Assembly (NCBI GenBank): GCA_965203515.1
Contig: OZ241907.1
Span: 960,001 to 1,024,000, forward strand
Source: Spirochaetia bacterium
GTDB taxonomy: Bacteria; Spirochaetota; Spirochaetia; SZUA-6; Bin103
Length of the DNA stretch: 64,000 nucleotides
Direction of reading: 5' to 3'
In this document: positions 18,829 to 31,006 of the stretch, piece after piece
Position numbering within the stretch: the first letter of the stretch is position 1
How the letters are laid out: every line of letters starts with the position of its first letter
Position numbers and translations under genes: made by a program
The notes under the pieces: generated by a model
Databases searched by the model: none
What the model was told of the DNA's origin: nothing
What the model saw: only the letters and a program-made list of their open reading frames with translations

Positions 18829-19902
18829 ATGTTGCAGATACCGGAATCGGGCGCGCTCGACTTTCTGGCGGTGGGGGCGTTGGTGCATCGGCTCGACCCC
18901 GGCGTGACGCCGTTCCCGCACGCGTCGCAGTGTTCCGTTCACGTCTCCGGCGGCGAGTACAACTGCGCCGCCAACCTGTCCTCCTGCTTCGGCCTGCGCA
19001 CCGGCGTCGCCGCGGCGATGGTGTCGTATCCGATCGGCGACCTGATCGACCGCGCGGTGCGGGCGATGGGCGTGCGGCCGTTCTACAAGCGCTTTGAGCA
19101 CGACGGCGTGCGCGGCCCGAACATGGCGACCGTCTACAGCGACCGCGGCGCCGGGGTTCGCGCGCCGGAGGTCTTCTACAACCGCGCGAACGAGGCGGCG
19201 GCGCGGCTGCGGCCGGGCGATTTCGACTGGGCCGCCATCATGCGGAACGGCCTGCGCTGGCTCCACTCCGGCGGCATCTTCGCGGCGCTCTCGCCGGCGG
19301 CGCCGCAGGTGATCGTCGAGGCGATGCAGGCCGCGAAGGCGGCCGGCGCGGTGATCTCCTTCGATCTCAACTACCGCCACAAGCTCTGGCAGGTCGCCGG
19401 CGGGGCGGAGAACGCGCACGCCACGCTCCGCTCGATCGTCAGCAACGTCGACGTGCTGGTAGGCAACGAGGAGGACCTGCAGCAGGGCCTCGGCATCGCC
19501 GGCCCGCAGACCGCCGGCGAATCGAAGCTCGACCCGCGCGCGTTCCTGCGGATGATCGATCGCGTGACCGCCGAGTTCCCCGGTATCTCCGTGGTCGCCA
19601 CCACGCTGCGCGAGGTCCACTCCGCCAATCGCCACGACTGGAGCGCGGTGGCCTGGGTCGACGGCGAAGCGGTCACCGCGCCGGCGCGCCGACTCGACGT
19701 GTACGATCGGGTGGGCGGCGGCGACGGCTTCGCCGCCGGCTTCTTCTACGGTCTGCTGGCCGGCGAGTCGCCGGAGGCGGCGCTCCGTCTGGGCTGGGCG
19801 CACGGCGCGCTCATCGCCACGTATCCCGGCGACACGACCATGGCGACGCTCGACCAGGTGCGTGCGTTGGCCGGCGGCAGCCCGGCGCGGATCGCCCGCT
19901 GA
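18829..19902 (+). CDS. PfkB-family sugar kinase (2-keto-3-deoxygluconate kinase-like)
   Basis: SGGEYNCAANL, SFDLNYR, GNEED, DRVGGGDGFAAG. Confidence 0.85.
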   Translation: MLQIPESGALDFLAVGALVHRLDPGVTPFPHASQCSVHVSGGEYNCAANLSSCFGLRTGVAAAMVSYPIGDLIDRAVRAMGVRPFYKRFEHDGVRGPNMATVYSDRGAGVRAPEVFYNRANEAAARLRPGDFDWAAIMRNGLRWLHSGGIFAALSPAAPQVIVEAMQAAKAAGAVISFDLNYRHKLWQVAGGAENAHATLRSIVSNVDVLVGNEEDLQQGLGIAGPQTAGESKLDPRAFLRMIDRVTAEFPGISVVATTLREVHSANRHDWSAVAWVDGEAVTAPARRLDVYDRVGGGDGFAAGFFYGLLAGESPEAALRLGWAHGALIATYPGDTTMATLDQVRALAGGSPARIAR

Positions 19903-19910
19903 GCCGGCGC

Positions 19911-21263
19911 GTGGAGATCGGCTCGACCGGCGGCGCTGCGGCCGCGGCGGTGCAATCGGCTGCGTTGCAGGCCGGCATCGGCGTCGCCGACATCACCCCT
20001 GCGGAGCCGGTCCGCCTGGCCGGCTGGTCGAGCCGCGACCGCCCGTCGGAAGGGGTGAGCCATCCGCTGTTCGCCAAGGCGCTGGCGGTGCGCGATGCCG
20101 CCGGCCACACCGGCGTCTGGGTCACCGCCGACATCCTGGGCTACAGCCGCTCCATGGCGGAGACGCTGGAGCGGCGCATCCGCGATCGGTACGGCGTGCA
20201 GCCCGCGCAGCTCATCCTGGGCAGCTCGCACAACCACAGCGGTCCGGTGGCCGGCGACCTGCTCCATCTCTACTTCGACCTGACGCCGGCGGAACGGGAG
20301 GCGGCCGCGCGCTACACCGAGCGCCTGCTTGACCGGATCGTCGCCGCGGTCGGCGCGGCCCTGGCGGACGCGGCGCCGGCGGAGGTCACCATGGGCTTCG
20401 GGCTGGCCGGATTCGGGGTCAACCGCCGCCGCGCCCGCGGCGCGGAATCGCTGCGCCGTCCGCAGGTGGTCGATCACGACGTGCCGGTGCTGGCCGTGCG
20501 CCGGCCGGACGGCGCGCTGCGCGGCATCCTCTTCGGCTACGCGTGCCACGCGACCGCGGTGTACGACAACCGGATCAACGCCGATTACGCCGGCTACGCG
20601 CAGAGCGGCCTGGAACGGGCCTGCCCGGGTGCGACCGCGATGTTCGCGGCCGGGTGCGGCGGCGACGTCAATCCGCTGCCTCGCTGGCGGGCGGGACTGG
20701 GCGAGAGTTGCGGCCGCCTGTTGAGCGCCGCGGTGCAGGACGTGCTCGACGGGCGGTACGGCCCCATGACGCCGGTGACCGGTCCGCTCGCCACCGGCGC
20801 CGACGAGCCGCTGCTGCCGCTGCTGGAGCCGCCCGGCCGCGCGGCCCTGCAGGAGGCGCTGCAGCGCGCCGCGCAGGACGGCGGCGACGGCGTGCGGCGC
20901 CGGGCGATCGAGCATCAGCTCGCCCGGCTGGAGAGCGGCCGGCCGCTCCCGGATCACTGCGCGTATCCCATCCGCGTCTGGCGGTTCGGTTCCGGCCAAC
21001 TGCTGATCGCCCTGGCCGGCGAGCCGGTCGTCGACTACTCGCTGCGGTTCCGCGCCGCCTACGGCTGGGACCGTACCTGGGTGGCCGGTTACAACCACGT
21101 GCTGCTGGCCTATATCCCGTCCCGGCGCGTGCTGGCCGAGGGGGACTACGAGGGCACGACCGGCATGCTGGAGTACGGCCTGCCGGGACCCTTCGCGGGC
21201 TGGGTGGAGTCGACCATAGCCCGCTCGGTCGACCGGCTGGTGACGCGGCTGGCGCCGCGGTGA
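19911..21263 (+). CDS. Neutral/alkaline ceramidase-like hydrolase
   Basis: GIGVADITP, PLFAKALA, SSHNHSGP, YACHAT, ADYAG, GCGGDVNP, AYIPS...EGDYEG. Confidence 0.75.
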   Translation: MEIGSTGGAAAAAVQSAALQAGIGVADITPAEPVRLAGWSSRDRPSEGVSHPLFAKALAVRDAAGHTGVWVTADILGYSRSMAETLERRIRDRYGVQPAQLILGSSHNHSGPVAGDLLHLYFDLTPAEREAAARYTERLLDRIVAAVGAALADAAPAEVTMGFGLAGFGVNRRRARGAESLRRPQVVDHDVPVLAVRRPDGALRGILFGYACHATAVYDNRINADYAGYAQSGLERACPGATAMFAAGCGGDVNPLPRWRAGLGESCGRLLSAAVQDVLDGRYGPMTPVTGPLATGADEPLLPLLEPPGRAALQEALQRAAQDGGDGVRRRAIEHQLARLESGRPLPDHCAYPIRVWRFGSGQLLIALAGEPVVDYSLRFRAAYGWDRTWVAGYNHVLLAYIPSRRVLAEGDYEGTTGMLEYGLPGPFAGWVESTIARSVDRLVTRLAPR

Positions 21264-21276
21264 GTCGCTGACCGCG

Positions 21277-22404
21277 ATGCGCGTCGACCTGCAGCGGTGC
21301 GTGACGGTCACCGCCACGCCGCGCACCACGTGGGCGTTCGCGGTGCTGGGCGACGGCGACGGCGCCGCCACGACCGTGGAAGTGACCCTTGCGGACCGTT
21401 CGGAGCGCGTGCTCGACGCGCTGGCCGACATGGTCGCGGCGTTGCGCGGCGCCGACCTGTCCGGCGAAGCGGAGGTCGAGGCGCTGCTCTCCCTCACCCG
21501 GGATCGGCTCCGGCGCGACGCGGTGCTGGCCACCGCGGTCAGCGCGCTGCGCACCGCGGTGGCGCAGCTCGACGCCGCCCGCGCGCGGGTCGGCCTGCAC
21601 CGCTTCCTGGGAGCCGGGCCCACGGCCGGCGTCGAGCTGTACGCCAACGTCAACCGCGCGCTGCGCGCCGACCGCACGCCGGCCGGCTTCGCGCGCGCGG
21701 CCGAGCGCGCCGTTCGGGAAGGCTTCACGACCGTCAAGTGCGCGCCGTTCGATGAGGTCGACGCGAGCATGCCGCCGACACGGATGCTCCGCCAGGCGGA
21801 GCCGGGCCTGCAGCGGGTGAGGGCGGTCCGCCGGGCGATCGGCCCGACCGCGCGCCTGCTGGTCGACTGCCACAGCCGGTTCTCGGTCGACGCGGCCCCG
21901 GCCGTGGCCGGCGAGCTGGCGGCGGTCGACGTCGGCTGGTTCGAGGAGCCGGTGCAGCCGACCTCGGCCGTCTCCGAGCTGGCGGCGATCGCCCGCCGGG
22001 TGTCGATACCGGTGGCCGGCGGCGAATCCGGGTACGGCGTCGAGTTCTTCGAGCGCCTGCTGGACGAGCGGGCGGCGGCGATCGTCATGCCGGACGTCAA
22101 GCACTGCGGCGGTGTGGTCGAAGCGGTGCGGACCGGCCGCCAGGCGATCGGGCGGGGCGGGGGATGCTCGCTGCACAGCCCGGCCGGACCGATCTCGCTG
22201 CTGGCCGGCGGGCACGTCACCGCGGCGGTCGACGGCGCCCTGCCGCTGGAGCACGCGGTCCATGAAGTCGACTGGCGGGCCGACCTGATCGAGCCGGCGG
22301 AACGGATCGCGGCCGGCCGGCTGCGGCTGCCGGCCGCTGCGGGTCTTGGCGCAACGCTGAACTGGCGGGTGGCGCGGCGCTACGGGCGCGTCTGGAACCC
22401 CTGA
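21277..22404 (+). CDS. Enolase-superfamily (mandelate racemase/galactonate dehydratase-like) enzyme
   Basis: LYANVNR, GFTTVKCAPFD, LLVDCH, WFEEP, AGGE, MPDVKHCGG, HSPAGP. Confidence 0.85.
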   Translation: MRVDLQRCVTVTATPRTTWAFAVLGDGDGAATTVEVTLADRSERVLDALADMVAALRGADLSGEAEVEALLSLTRDRLRRDAVLATAVSALRTAVAQLDAARARVGLHRFLGAGPTAGVELYANVNRALRADRTPAGFARAAERAVREGFTTVKCAPFDEVDASMPPTRMLRQAEPGLQRVRAVRRAIGPTARLLVDCHSRFSVDAAPAVAGELAAVDVGWFEEPVQPTSAVSELAAIARRVSIPVAGGESGYGVEFFERLLDERAAAIVMPDVKHCGGVVEAVRTGRQAIGRGGGCSLHSPAGPISLLAGGHVTAAVDGALPLEHAVHEVDWRADLIEPAERIAAGRLRLPAAAGLGATLNWRVARRYGRVWNP

Positions 22405-22428
22405 GAGTGCGACCCCGGCGGCGGCGCG

Positions 22429-23760
22429 CTAGCGCCGCTCCTCCGGGATCAGGCCGCGCGGCGCAAAGCGCAGGACCAGCAGCAGGATCAGCCCCATGAC
22501 GATCGGACGCATGTGGGCGGCGCTCGACAGGAGATGGGTCCTGAGCGCGCTGTCCGGCGACAGGGGAGCGGTGACCAGCTCCATCAGGCGCAGGCCGATC
22601 GGCTCGGCCTGCACCCAGAAGTACCAGATCACGAAGCCGCCGAGCACGGCGCCCCAGTTGTTGCCGGAGCCGCCCACGATCACCATGACCCAGATCAGAA
22701 AGGTGAAGCGCATCGGCTGATAGGAGGCGGGCGTGAACTGGCCGTCGAGCGTGGTCAGCATGGCGCCGGCGATGCCGACGACCGCCGAGCCGATCACGAA
22801 GACCTGCAGATGGCGGGCGGTGACGTCCTTGCCCATCGCGCCGGCGGCGGTTTCGTTGTCCCGGATCGCGCGCATCATCCGGCCCCATGGCGAGCGCAGC
22901 GCGGTCTCGGCAAGCCACGTCAGGATGACCAGCACCAGCAGGAACAGGCCGGCGTAGCAGAGCTTCACGACGATCGAGGAGAGATCCACGTGCGGCACGC
23001 CGAGGCCGGCGGCCCAATCCTGGAACCACGCGGCGTTCTGCAGATCGACTTCGTACGGGACCGGCCGCGGCAGGCCGTTGACGTTCTTGACGCCGCGGGT
23101 GAGCCATTCCTCGTACTTGAGGAATGCCACGATGATCTCCGAGATGCCGAGCGTGGCGATCGACAGATAGTCGGAACGGAGGCTGAGGCTGATCTTGCAG
23201 ACCCAGGCGGCGCCGGCCGCCAGCGCGCCGCCGACCAGCCACGACAGGACGATCGGCAGGCCGAACCCGCCCAGGTAGCCGGTCGTGGTCGGGTCGACCG
23301 CTTCGATGGCGCGCACCGCCGGCGCGAATACCGCGCGGCCGGCCAGGTACCCGCCGATCAACAGCAACGCCACGGCCAGCCGGCGATACAGCGGCCGTCT
23401 GATACGGCGGCGGACGAAGATCACGCCGAGCACGGCGAGCGCCGCGAACCCCAGCGCCACCAGCACGCCGGCGCCGCCGGCGCGCCAGGCGGCGGCCACC
23501 GGCGGCATCGAGACCAGCACGCCGGCCAGTCCGCCGAGCGCCGCGAAGCCCATGACGCCGGCGTTGAACAGGCCCGCATAGCCCCACTGGATGTTGACGC
23601 CGAGCGTCATGATCGCCGATATCAGACACAGATTGAGGATCGCCAGCGCCAGCGACCAGCTCTGCAGCAGGCCGACCAGGCAGATGAGCGCCGCCATCAC
23701 CGCGAACAGGGCCGGCTTGCGGGGCATCCGCATGATCATCGGGCCGAGTCGTCCGGTCAC
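22429..23760 (-). CDS. livM: Branched-chain amino acid ABC transporter permease
   Basis: LGVNIQWGYAGLFNAG, LRSDYLSIATLG, SPWGRMMRAIRDNE, VGGSGNNWG; GTG overlaps the livH stop. Confidence 0.85.
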   Translation of the reverse strand: MTGRLGPMIMRMPRKPALFAVMAALICLVGLLQSWSLALAILNLCLISAIMTLGVNIQWGYAGLFNAGVMGFAALGGLAGVLVSMPPVAAAWRAGGAGVLVALGFAALAVLGVIFVRRRIRRPLYRRLAVALLLIGGYLAGRAVFAPAVRAIEAVDPTTTGYLGGFGLPIVLSWLVGGALAAGAAWVCKISLSLRSDYLSIATLGISEIIVAFLKYEEWLTRGVKNVNGLPRPVPYEVDLQNAAWFQDWAAGLGVPHVDLSSIVVKLCYAGLFLLVLVILTWLAETALRSPWGRMMRAIRDNETAAGAMGKDVTARHLQVFVIGSAVVGIAGAMLTTLDGQFTPASYQPMRFTFLIWVMVIVGGSGNNWGAVLGGFVIWYFWVQAEPIGLRLMELVTAPLSPDSALRTHLLSSAAHMRPIVMGLILLLVLRFAPRGLIPEERR

Positions 23761-24770
23761 GTCGACTTGCCGCTGAAGATGCCGGTCGGCTTCACCAGCA
23801 GCACCACCACCAGGATGAAGAACGATACCGCGAACTTGTAGTCGGTGGTGAGCAACTGCACCAGACCTTCCGGCTGCCAGCCTTCCGGTCCCAGGTAGCC
23901 GAGGAACTTCTTGTAGGGATAGGTGAGCAGCACCTCGGAGAACGCCACCACGAAGGCGCCGGCGATGGCGCCGAGCGGATTGCCAAGACCGCCGACGATG
24001 GCGGCGGCGAAGATCGGCAGGAGCAGGGAGAGAAAGGTGAACGGCTTGAAGCTCTTGTCGAGTCCGTACAGCGTTCCCGCCACGGCGGCCAGGGCGCCCA
24101 CGATCAGCCACGTGACCGCCACGACCCGTTCCGGGTTGATGCCGGACAGCAGGGCAAGGTCCTCGTTGTCCGAATAGGCGCGCATCGACTTGCCGGTCCG
24201 CGTCCTGCCGAGGAACCAGAAGAGCCAGGCGACCAGGATCGCCGTGACCGCGACCGTGATCGTCTGCGTGGTCTTGACGGCAAGCCCTTCGGCGAGGCCG
24301 GTCGCCTCCTTGAACTGACGGGCGTTGATCACGAAGCGCGTCCCGTCGGTGAAGACCTGATCGTCCGGGCCGATCAGGAAGCGGATCAGCCCGTTGAGCG
24401 CGAACATGATGCCGACCGAGGCGACCAGCAGAATGACCGGCGGCGATTTCCGGCGCCGATAGAACCGGTAGACCCAGCGGTCGGTGACCAGACAGAGGCC
24501 GCCGGCGGCCGCGATCCCGACCGGCAGCGCCAGCAGGGCGGTCGGCAGGGGAGCGATGCTCACCTCCCAGGACTGCAGCAGCCAAGTCGCCATGATGGCG
24601 ACCATGGCCCCGAAGGCCATGGTCTCACCATGCGCGAAGTTGGAGAACCGCAGGATGCCGTACACCAGCGTCACGCCCAGGGCGCCGAGCGCCAGTTGGC
24701 ATCCGTAGACGGTGGCGGGAACGATCAGGAAGTTGGCGATAAGCACGAACGCGTTGGCGACGTCCTGCAT
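23757..24770 (-). CDS. livH: Branched-chain amino acid ABC transporter permease
   Basis: ALGVTLVYGILRFSNFAHG, TRTGKSMRAYSDN, FAAAIVGGLG, LLVKPTGIF. Confidence 0.9.
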   Translation of the reverse strand: MQDVANAFVLIANFLIVPATVYGCQLALGALGVTLVYGILRFSNFAHGETMAFGAMVAIMATWLLQSWEVSIAPLPTALLALPVGIAAAGGLCLVTDRWVYRFYRRRKSPPVILLVASVGIMFALNGLIRFLIGPDDQVFTDGTRFVINARQFKEATGLAEGLAVKTTQTITVAVTAILVAWLFWFLGRTRTGKSMRAYSDNEDLALLSGINPERVVAVTWLIVGALAAVAGTLYGLDKSFKPFTFLSLLLPIFAAAIVGGLGNPLGAIAGAFVVAFSEVLLTYPYKKFLGYLGPEGWQPEGLVQLLTTDYKFAVSFFILVVVLLVKPTGIFSGKST

Positions 24771-24833
24771 CGATCACCCTCCCGGGAAGATCGTTCCCGC
24801 GCAATATGCGTCGATGTCGGCTCTATCTCTGGC

Positions 24834-26018
24834 CTAGCGGAAGCCCACGGTCTCGAACACGCCGTCCCGCACCTCGTAGTGCCGGTAGCTGCCGGCGCTC
24901 TCGCCCGGATCGATCAGCTCCACGTCCGAGGCGCCCACGTAATCGACGTCGCCCCCGGCCGCCAGCACCGCCAGCGCCTTGCCCAACTCACCCGGATAGA
25001 CCGGCTCGCCGGGCGCGTTGGCGACCGCCATCACGTGATCCTTGAAGTCGACGCTGTCGACCGATCCGGCCGCCTGCATCGCCAACAGCAGCAACGCCGC
25101 CGCGTCATACGACTCGCCCACGAACGGCCCGCTCGTATGCCCGGCCGCCGCCACCAACTCGTCCAACTGCGCCGACCCCGGACTGTCGGTCCCCGGCGCG
25201 GTGCCGATCGAACCGTCCAGGTCGGCGCCGATCGCCTCGGTCAGGCTCTCGCCGATCATCCCGTCCGGCAGGAAGAAGCGGCTGAAGGCGCCCGAATCGA
25301 TCGCCGCCTGAATGATCCCCTTGCCGCCCTGATCGAGATACCCGGCCACGATCAGGATGTCCCCGCCGACCGCCGCCAGGGCGGCCACCTCCGAACTGTA
25401 ATCGCCCTTGCCGTCCTCATGCGGGGCCGAGATGGTGATGCTCCCGCCGAGCTGCTCCAGGTTGGCCTGGATGCTGTCGGCAAGACCCTTGCCGTAGTCG
25501 TTGTTGGTGTAGGTCATGGCCGCATCCATGATCCGCATCTCGACCAGGATGTCGGCGATCACCGCGCCCTGACGGGCATCGGAGGGGGAGGTGCGGAAGA
25601 ACAGGCCGTCGTCTTCGATGGTGGTGAGCGCCGGGGAAGTGGCCGAGGGGGAGATCATGACGATGCCGTTGGCCTTGGCGACGTTCTGCAGCATGGCGAT
25701 GGTGACGCCGGAACAGTCGCCGCCGACGATGGCGTTGACGCGGTCGGAGGTGATGAGGCGCTCGGTGGCGGCGACGGCGGCGGCCGAGTCGGTGCAGGTG
25801 GAGTCGCCGCGCACGGAGGCGACCTGCCGGCCGTCGAGCAGAGCGCCGCTGTCGTTGACTTCGGCGATGGCCAGTTCGGCGCCGGCGGCCATGGCCGGGG
25901 TGAGCGATTCGATGGGTCCGGTGAAGCCGAGGACCACGCCGATCTTGACGTCCTGGGCAAAGGCTGCGCCGGCCTGGAGCACGACGAGCAGCACGCCGCC
26001 CGCGATCAGTCGTTTCAT
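24834..26018 (-). CDS. ABC transporter substrate-binding protein (LivJ/K-like)
   Basis: Signal peptide MKRLIAGGVLLVVLQAGAAFA; VKIGVVLGFTGP, ISPSATSP, FFRTSPSD, NNDYGKGL; RBS AAGGAAGG. Confidence 0.9.
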   Translation of the reverse strand: MKRLIAGGVLLVVLQAGAAFAQDVKIGVVLGFTGPIESLTPAMAAGAELAIAEVNDSGALLDGRQVASVRGDSTCTDSAAAVAATERLITSDRVNAIVGGDCSGVTIAMLQNVAKANGIVMISPSATSPALTTIEDDGLFFRTSPSDARQGAVIADILVEMRIMDAAMTYTNNDYGKGLADSIQANLEQLGGSITISAPHEDGKGDYSSEVAALAAVGGDILIVAGYLDQGGKGIIQAAIDSGAFSRFFLPDGMIGESLTEAIGADLDGSIGTAPGTDSPGSAQLDELVAAAGHTSGPFVGESYDAAALLLLAMQAAGSVDSVDFKDHVMAVANAPGEPVYPGELGKALAVLAAGGDVDYVGASDVELIDPGESAGSYRHYEVRDGVFETVGFR

Positions 26019-26157
26019 GGAGTCCTTCCTTTTGTGCATGTCGGTGCGATCGAATTGAGGCCGGTGACCGGGAACGGTCCCGGCTACGGCCGCGCCTATC
26101 CTATCCCGGCGGCGTGCCCTTTGGCAAACGCTCGGGCGGGATCCCCTTCGGCTCCGG

Positions 26158-27198
26158 TCATCGGTCCAGGTCGATGACCGCCTTGAGCACGCCGGTCTCC
26201 GGGCGGGTGAGCGCGTCGAAGCGCCGCTCCACCTCGTCGAAGGCGATGCGGTGGGTGATCCACGGGCCGGTGTCGATGGCGCCGGCGGCGATGGCGTCGA
26301 TCACCTGCCGGAAGTCGGCGGGCAGGGCGTTGCGGGTGGCCAGCAGCGTCAGCTCGCGCCGGTGCATCTCCGGTTGGGCGAAGGCGATCTTCCGACGGGT
26401 GAGTCCCAGCAAGACCACGGCGCCGCCGTGCGCGGCGCAGGTGAGGGCGGCGGCCATCGATTGCGGATTGCCGGTGGCGTCGATCACCACGTCGAACATC
26501 CGGCCGTCCGATCGGTCGCGCAGGCGCCGCAGCTCGGCGCCGTCGCCGGCGACGACGGCGCCGGCCGGGCCGTAGGCGTCCCGGCAGAAGTCGACGCGCG
26601 CCGGCAGCCGGTCCATGACGGTCACGCGCGGTGCGGTCAGCCGGACGAACTCCAGCGCGGCCAGTCCGATCGGCCCCAGCCCGATGATGAGCACCTGGTC
26701 GTCGGCGGCCGGCGCGGCGCGGGCGGCGGCGTGGCAGCCGATCGCCAGCGTCTCCACCAGTGCGAGCTGATCGAAGGTGAGCCCGGCGGCGCGGTGCAGC
26801 TTGCCGGCCGGCAGCGTGAAGCGGTCGCAGAGGCCGCCGTCCTGCATGACGCCGATGACGCTGAGCCGCTCGCAGCAGTTGTGCCGGCCCCGGCGGCACG
26901 CGTAGCAGCGCCCGCAGTGCAGGTAGGGCTCGACGCTGCAGGTGTCTCCCGGAGCGACCGAGGTGACGCCGTCTCCCACCTCCAGCACCTCGACGCCCAG
27001 CTCGTGACCGGGGATGCGCGGGAAGTCGAAGAACGGAAAGTCGCCGCGGTAGGCGCTCGCGTCGGTACCGCACACCCCGACCGAACGGGTCCTGACCAGC
27101 GCGTGCCCGGGCGCCGGCGGCGGCGGAGCGTCCACGCGTACCGCACGGACCCGATACGGCGCCTCGAAGCGGATCGCGCGGATCGTGTCGGCGCTCAC
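26158..27198 (-). CDS. Zinc-dependent alcohol/sugar-acid dehydrogenase
   Basis: GVCGTD, GHE, CGRCYAC...C zinc cluster, GLGPIG; GTG start inferred. Confidence 0.9.
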   Translation of the reverse strand: MSADTIRAIRFEAPYRVRAVRVDAPPPPAPGHALVRTRSVGVCGTDASAYRGDFPFFDFPRIPGHELGVEVLEVGDGVTSVAPGDTCSVEPYLHCGRCYACRRGRHNCCERLSVIGVMQDGGLCDRFTLPAGKLHRAAGLTFDQLALVETLAIGCHAAARAAPAADDQVLIIGLGPIGLAALEFVRLTAPRVTVMDRLPARVDFCRDAYGPAGAVVAGDGAELRRLRDRSDGRMFDVVIDATGNPQSMAAALTCAAHGGAVVLLGLTRRKIAFAQPEMHRRELTLLATRNALPADFRQVIDAIAAGAIDTGPWITHRIAFDEVERRFDALTRPETGVLKAVIDLDR

Positions 27199-27220
27199 CT
27201 GCGCGCGTCTCCGGCCGGCG

Positions 27221-29698
<2,478 letters not shown>

Positions 29699-29760
29699 GG
29701 GCGCAGGGTACACCGTTTCGCCGGTGGTCCGGGCGGCGCGGGATGCGGTAGGTTGCCGGC

Positions 29761-30480
29761 ATGCCGACGGTCCTGATTCTCGCCGCCCTGGACGAGGAGG
29801 TGGAGGCGTTCCGCGGAGCGCACGAGCTGACGCCGGTCGAGGAGGGGACGCCCTTCGCCGCCTTCCGGTTCCGGGTGAGCGGCGCCGGCGCGGTGCTGAT
29901 GCGCACCGGGGTCGGCAAGGCGTTCGCGGCGATGGTGGCGCAGCGCGCGATCGACCGCGTGCGGCCCGACTACCTGATCGTCACCGGCATCGCCGGCAGC
30001 GTGCGCGACGGGCTGCAGCCGGGCGACGTGGTGGTGGGCCGGGACTGCGTGCAGCACGACCTGGACGCCACGGCGCTGGGGTTCGAGCTGGGCCGGGTGC
30101 CGTACACCGAGCACCGCATCCTGCGCGCCGACCCGCGGCTGGTGGAGCTGGCGCTGGCCGTGCCGGTGGCGGGCCGGCGCGTGGTGGCCGGCCGCATCCT
30201 GACCGGGGATCAGTTCATCAGCGATCCCGATGCCGCGCTGCGCGCACGGCTGCGCGGTCTGGACGGCGACGTGGTGGAGATGGAGGGCGCGGCGATCGCG
30301 CTGGTGGCGACCGTCAACCGCGTGCCGTTCGTGATCGTCCGCTCGGTATCCGACCGGGCCGACGCCGCCGCGCCGTCCGACTTCGGCGCCTTCCTGCGCC
30401 GCGCGGCGGCAAACTCCCGCACCGTCTGCGCGGGCCTCCTCGACCGGCTCGGCCGGCTGCCGCCGCCGGCTCAGCCGTGA
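29761..30480 (+). CDS. mtnN: 5'-methylthioadenosine/S-adenosylhomocysteine nucleosidase
   Basis: GVGK, TGIAG, GDVVV...QHDLD, TGDQF, VEMEGAA, RSVSD. Confidence 0.9.
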   Translation: MPTVLILAALDEEVEAFRGAHELTPVEEGTPFAAFRFRVSGAGAVLMRTGVGKAFAAMVAQRAIDRVRPDYLIVTGIAGSVRDGLQPGDVVVGRDCVQHDLDATALGFELGRVPYTEHRILRADPRLVELALAVPVAGRRVVAGRILTGDQFISDPDAALRARLRGLDGDVVEMEGAAIALVATVNRVPFVIVRSVSDRADAAAPSDFGAFLRRAAANSRTVCAGLLDRLGRLPPPAQP

Positions 30481-31004
30481 GCGACGAGGGAGGTGAAGGC
30501 AACGCGCTTCCCGATCGCGGAAACGACCCGGATGCCCTTGTAATTCTCTACCTGCGGCGCCTCTTTCGCCCGTACCGGCTGCTTGTCCAGCCTTGAGCTG
30601 CTTCGTGCTCCGATCAGCGCGTACCGTGCCCTTGCAGGCGATGTATCGGTCCGGAAGTGTACTGCGCACATCGTCTGGAGATAGCGCAAGATCGGTAACG
30701 ACCGCCGCAGTTGCTCGTAGCCTTTGGTGCCATCGTGCAACGTCTGCTTGAGCTCCAGGAACAGTCCCCCGTCCCGCTTGTCATCGCGGAAGACGATCAG
30801 GTAGTCGCAGGCTTTTTTCCAGGGTCCATCCTTGATGCCGGCAAGACTGCCGATCCGATTCAGGTCGATGACGATCGCGCCCTTCGGGAGGCCGGCGACG
30901 GTCACCCGCATGACGTTGGATTCTTCGAGTACGACTGCCCGTCCCGGAAGCGGAAGCACTACGGTCTTGTCGGCAAGAATCTGTTCGATGTGCTGCGCCA
31001 GCAC
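30471..31004 (-). CDS. Hypothetical protein with PD-(D/E)XK-like motif, partner of the upstream ATPase
   Basis: KACDYLIVF...GLFLELKQT...EQL; GTG start 2 nt after the ATPase stop. Confidence 0.55.
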   Translation of the reverse strand: MLAQHIEQILADKTVVLPLPGRAVVLEESNVMRVTVAGLPKGAIVIDLNRIGSLAGIKDGPWKKACDYLIVFRDDKRDGGLFLELKQTLHDGTKGYEQLRRSLPILRYLQTMCAVHFRTDTSPARARYALIGARSSSRLDKQPVRAKEAPQVENYKGIRVVSAIGKRVAFTSLVAHG

Positions 31005-31006
31005 CG

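Noticed and set aside
22429..26018. liv cluster lacking livG/livF ATPases as a novel transporter type
   Set aside because: The ATPases may be encoded elsewhere; this cannot be judged from the window.
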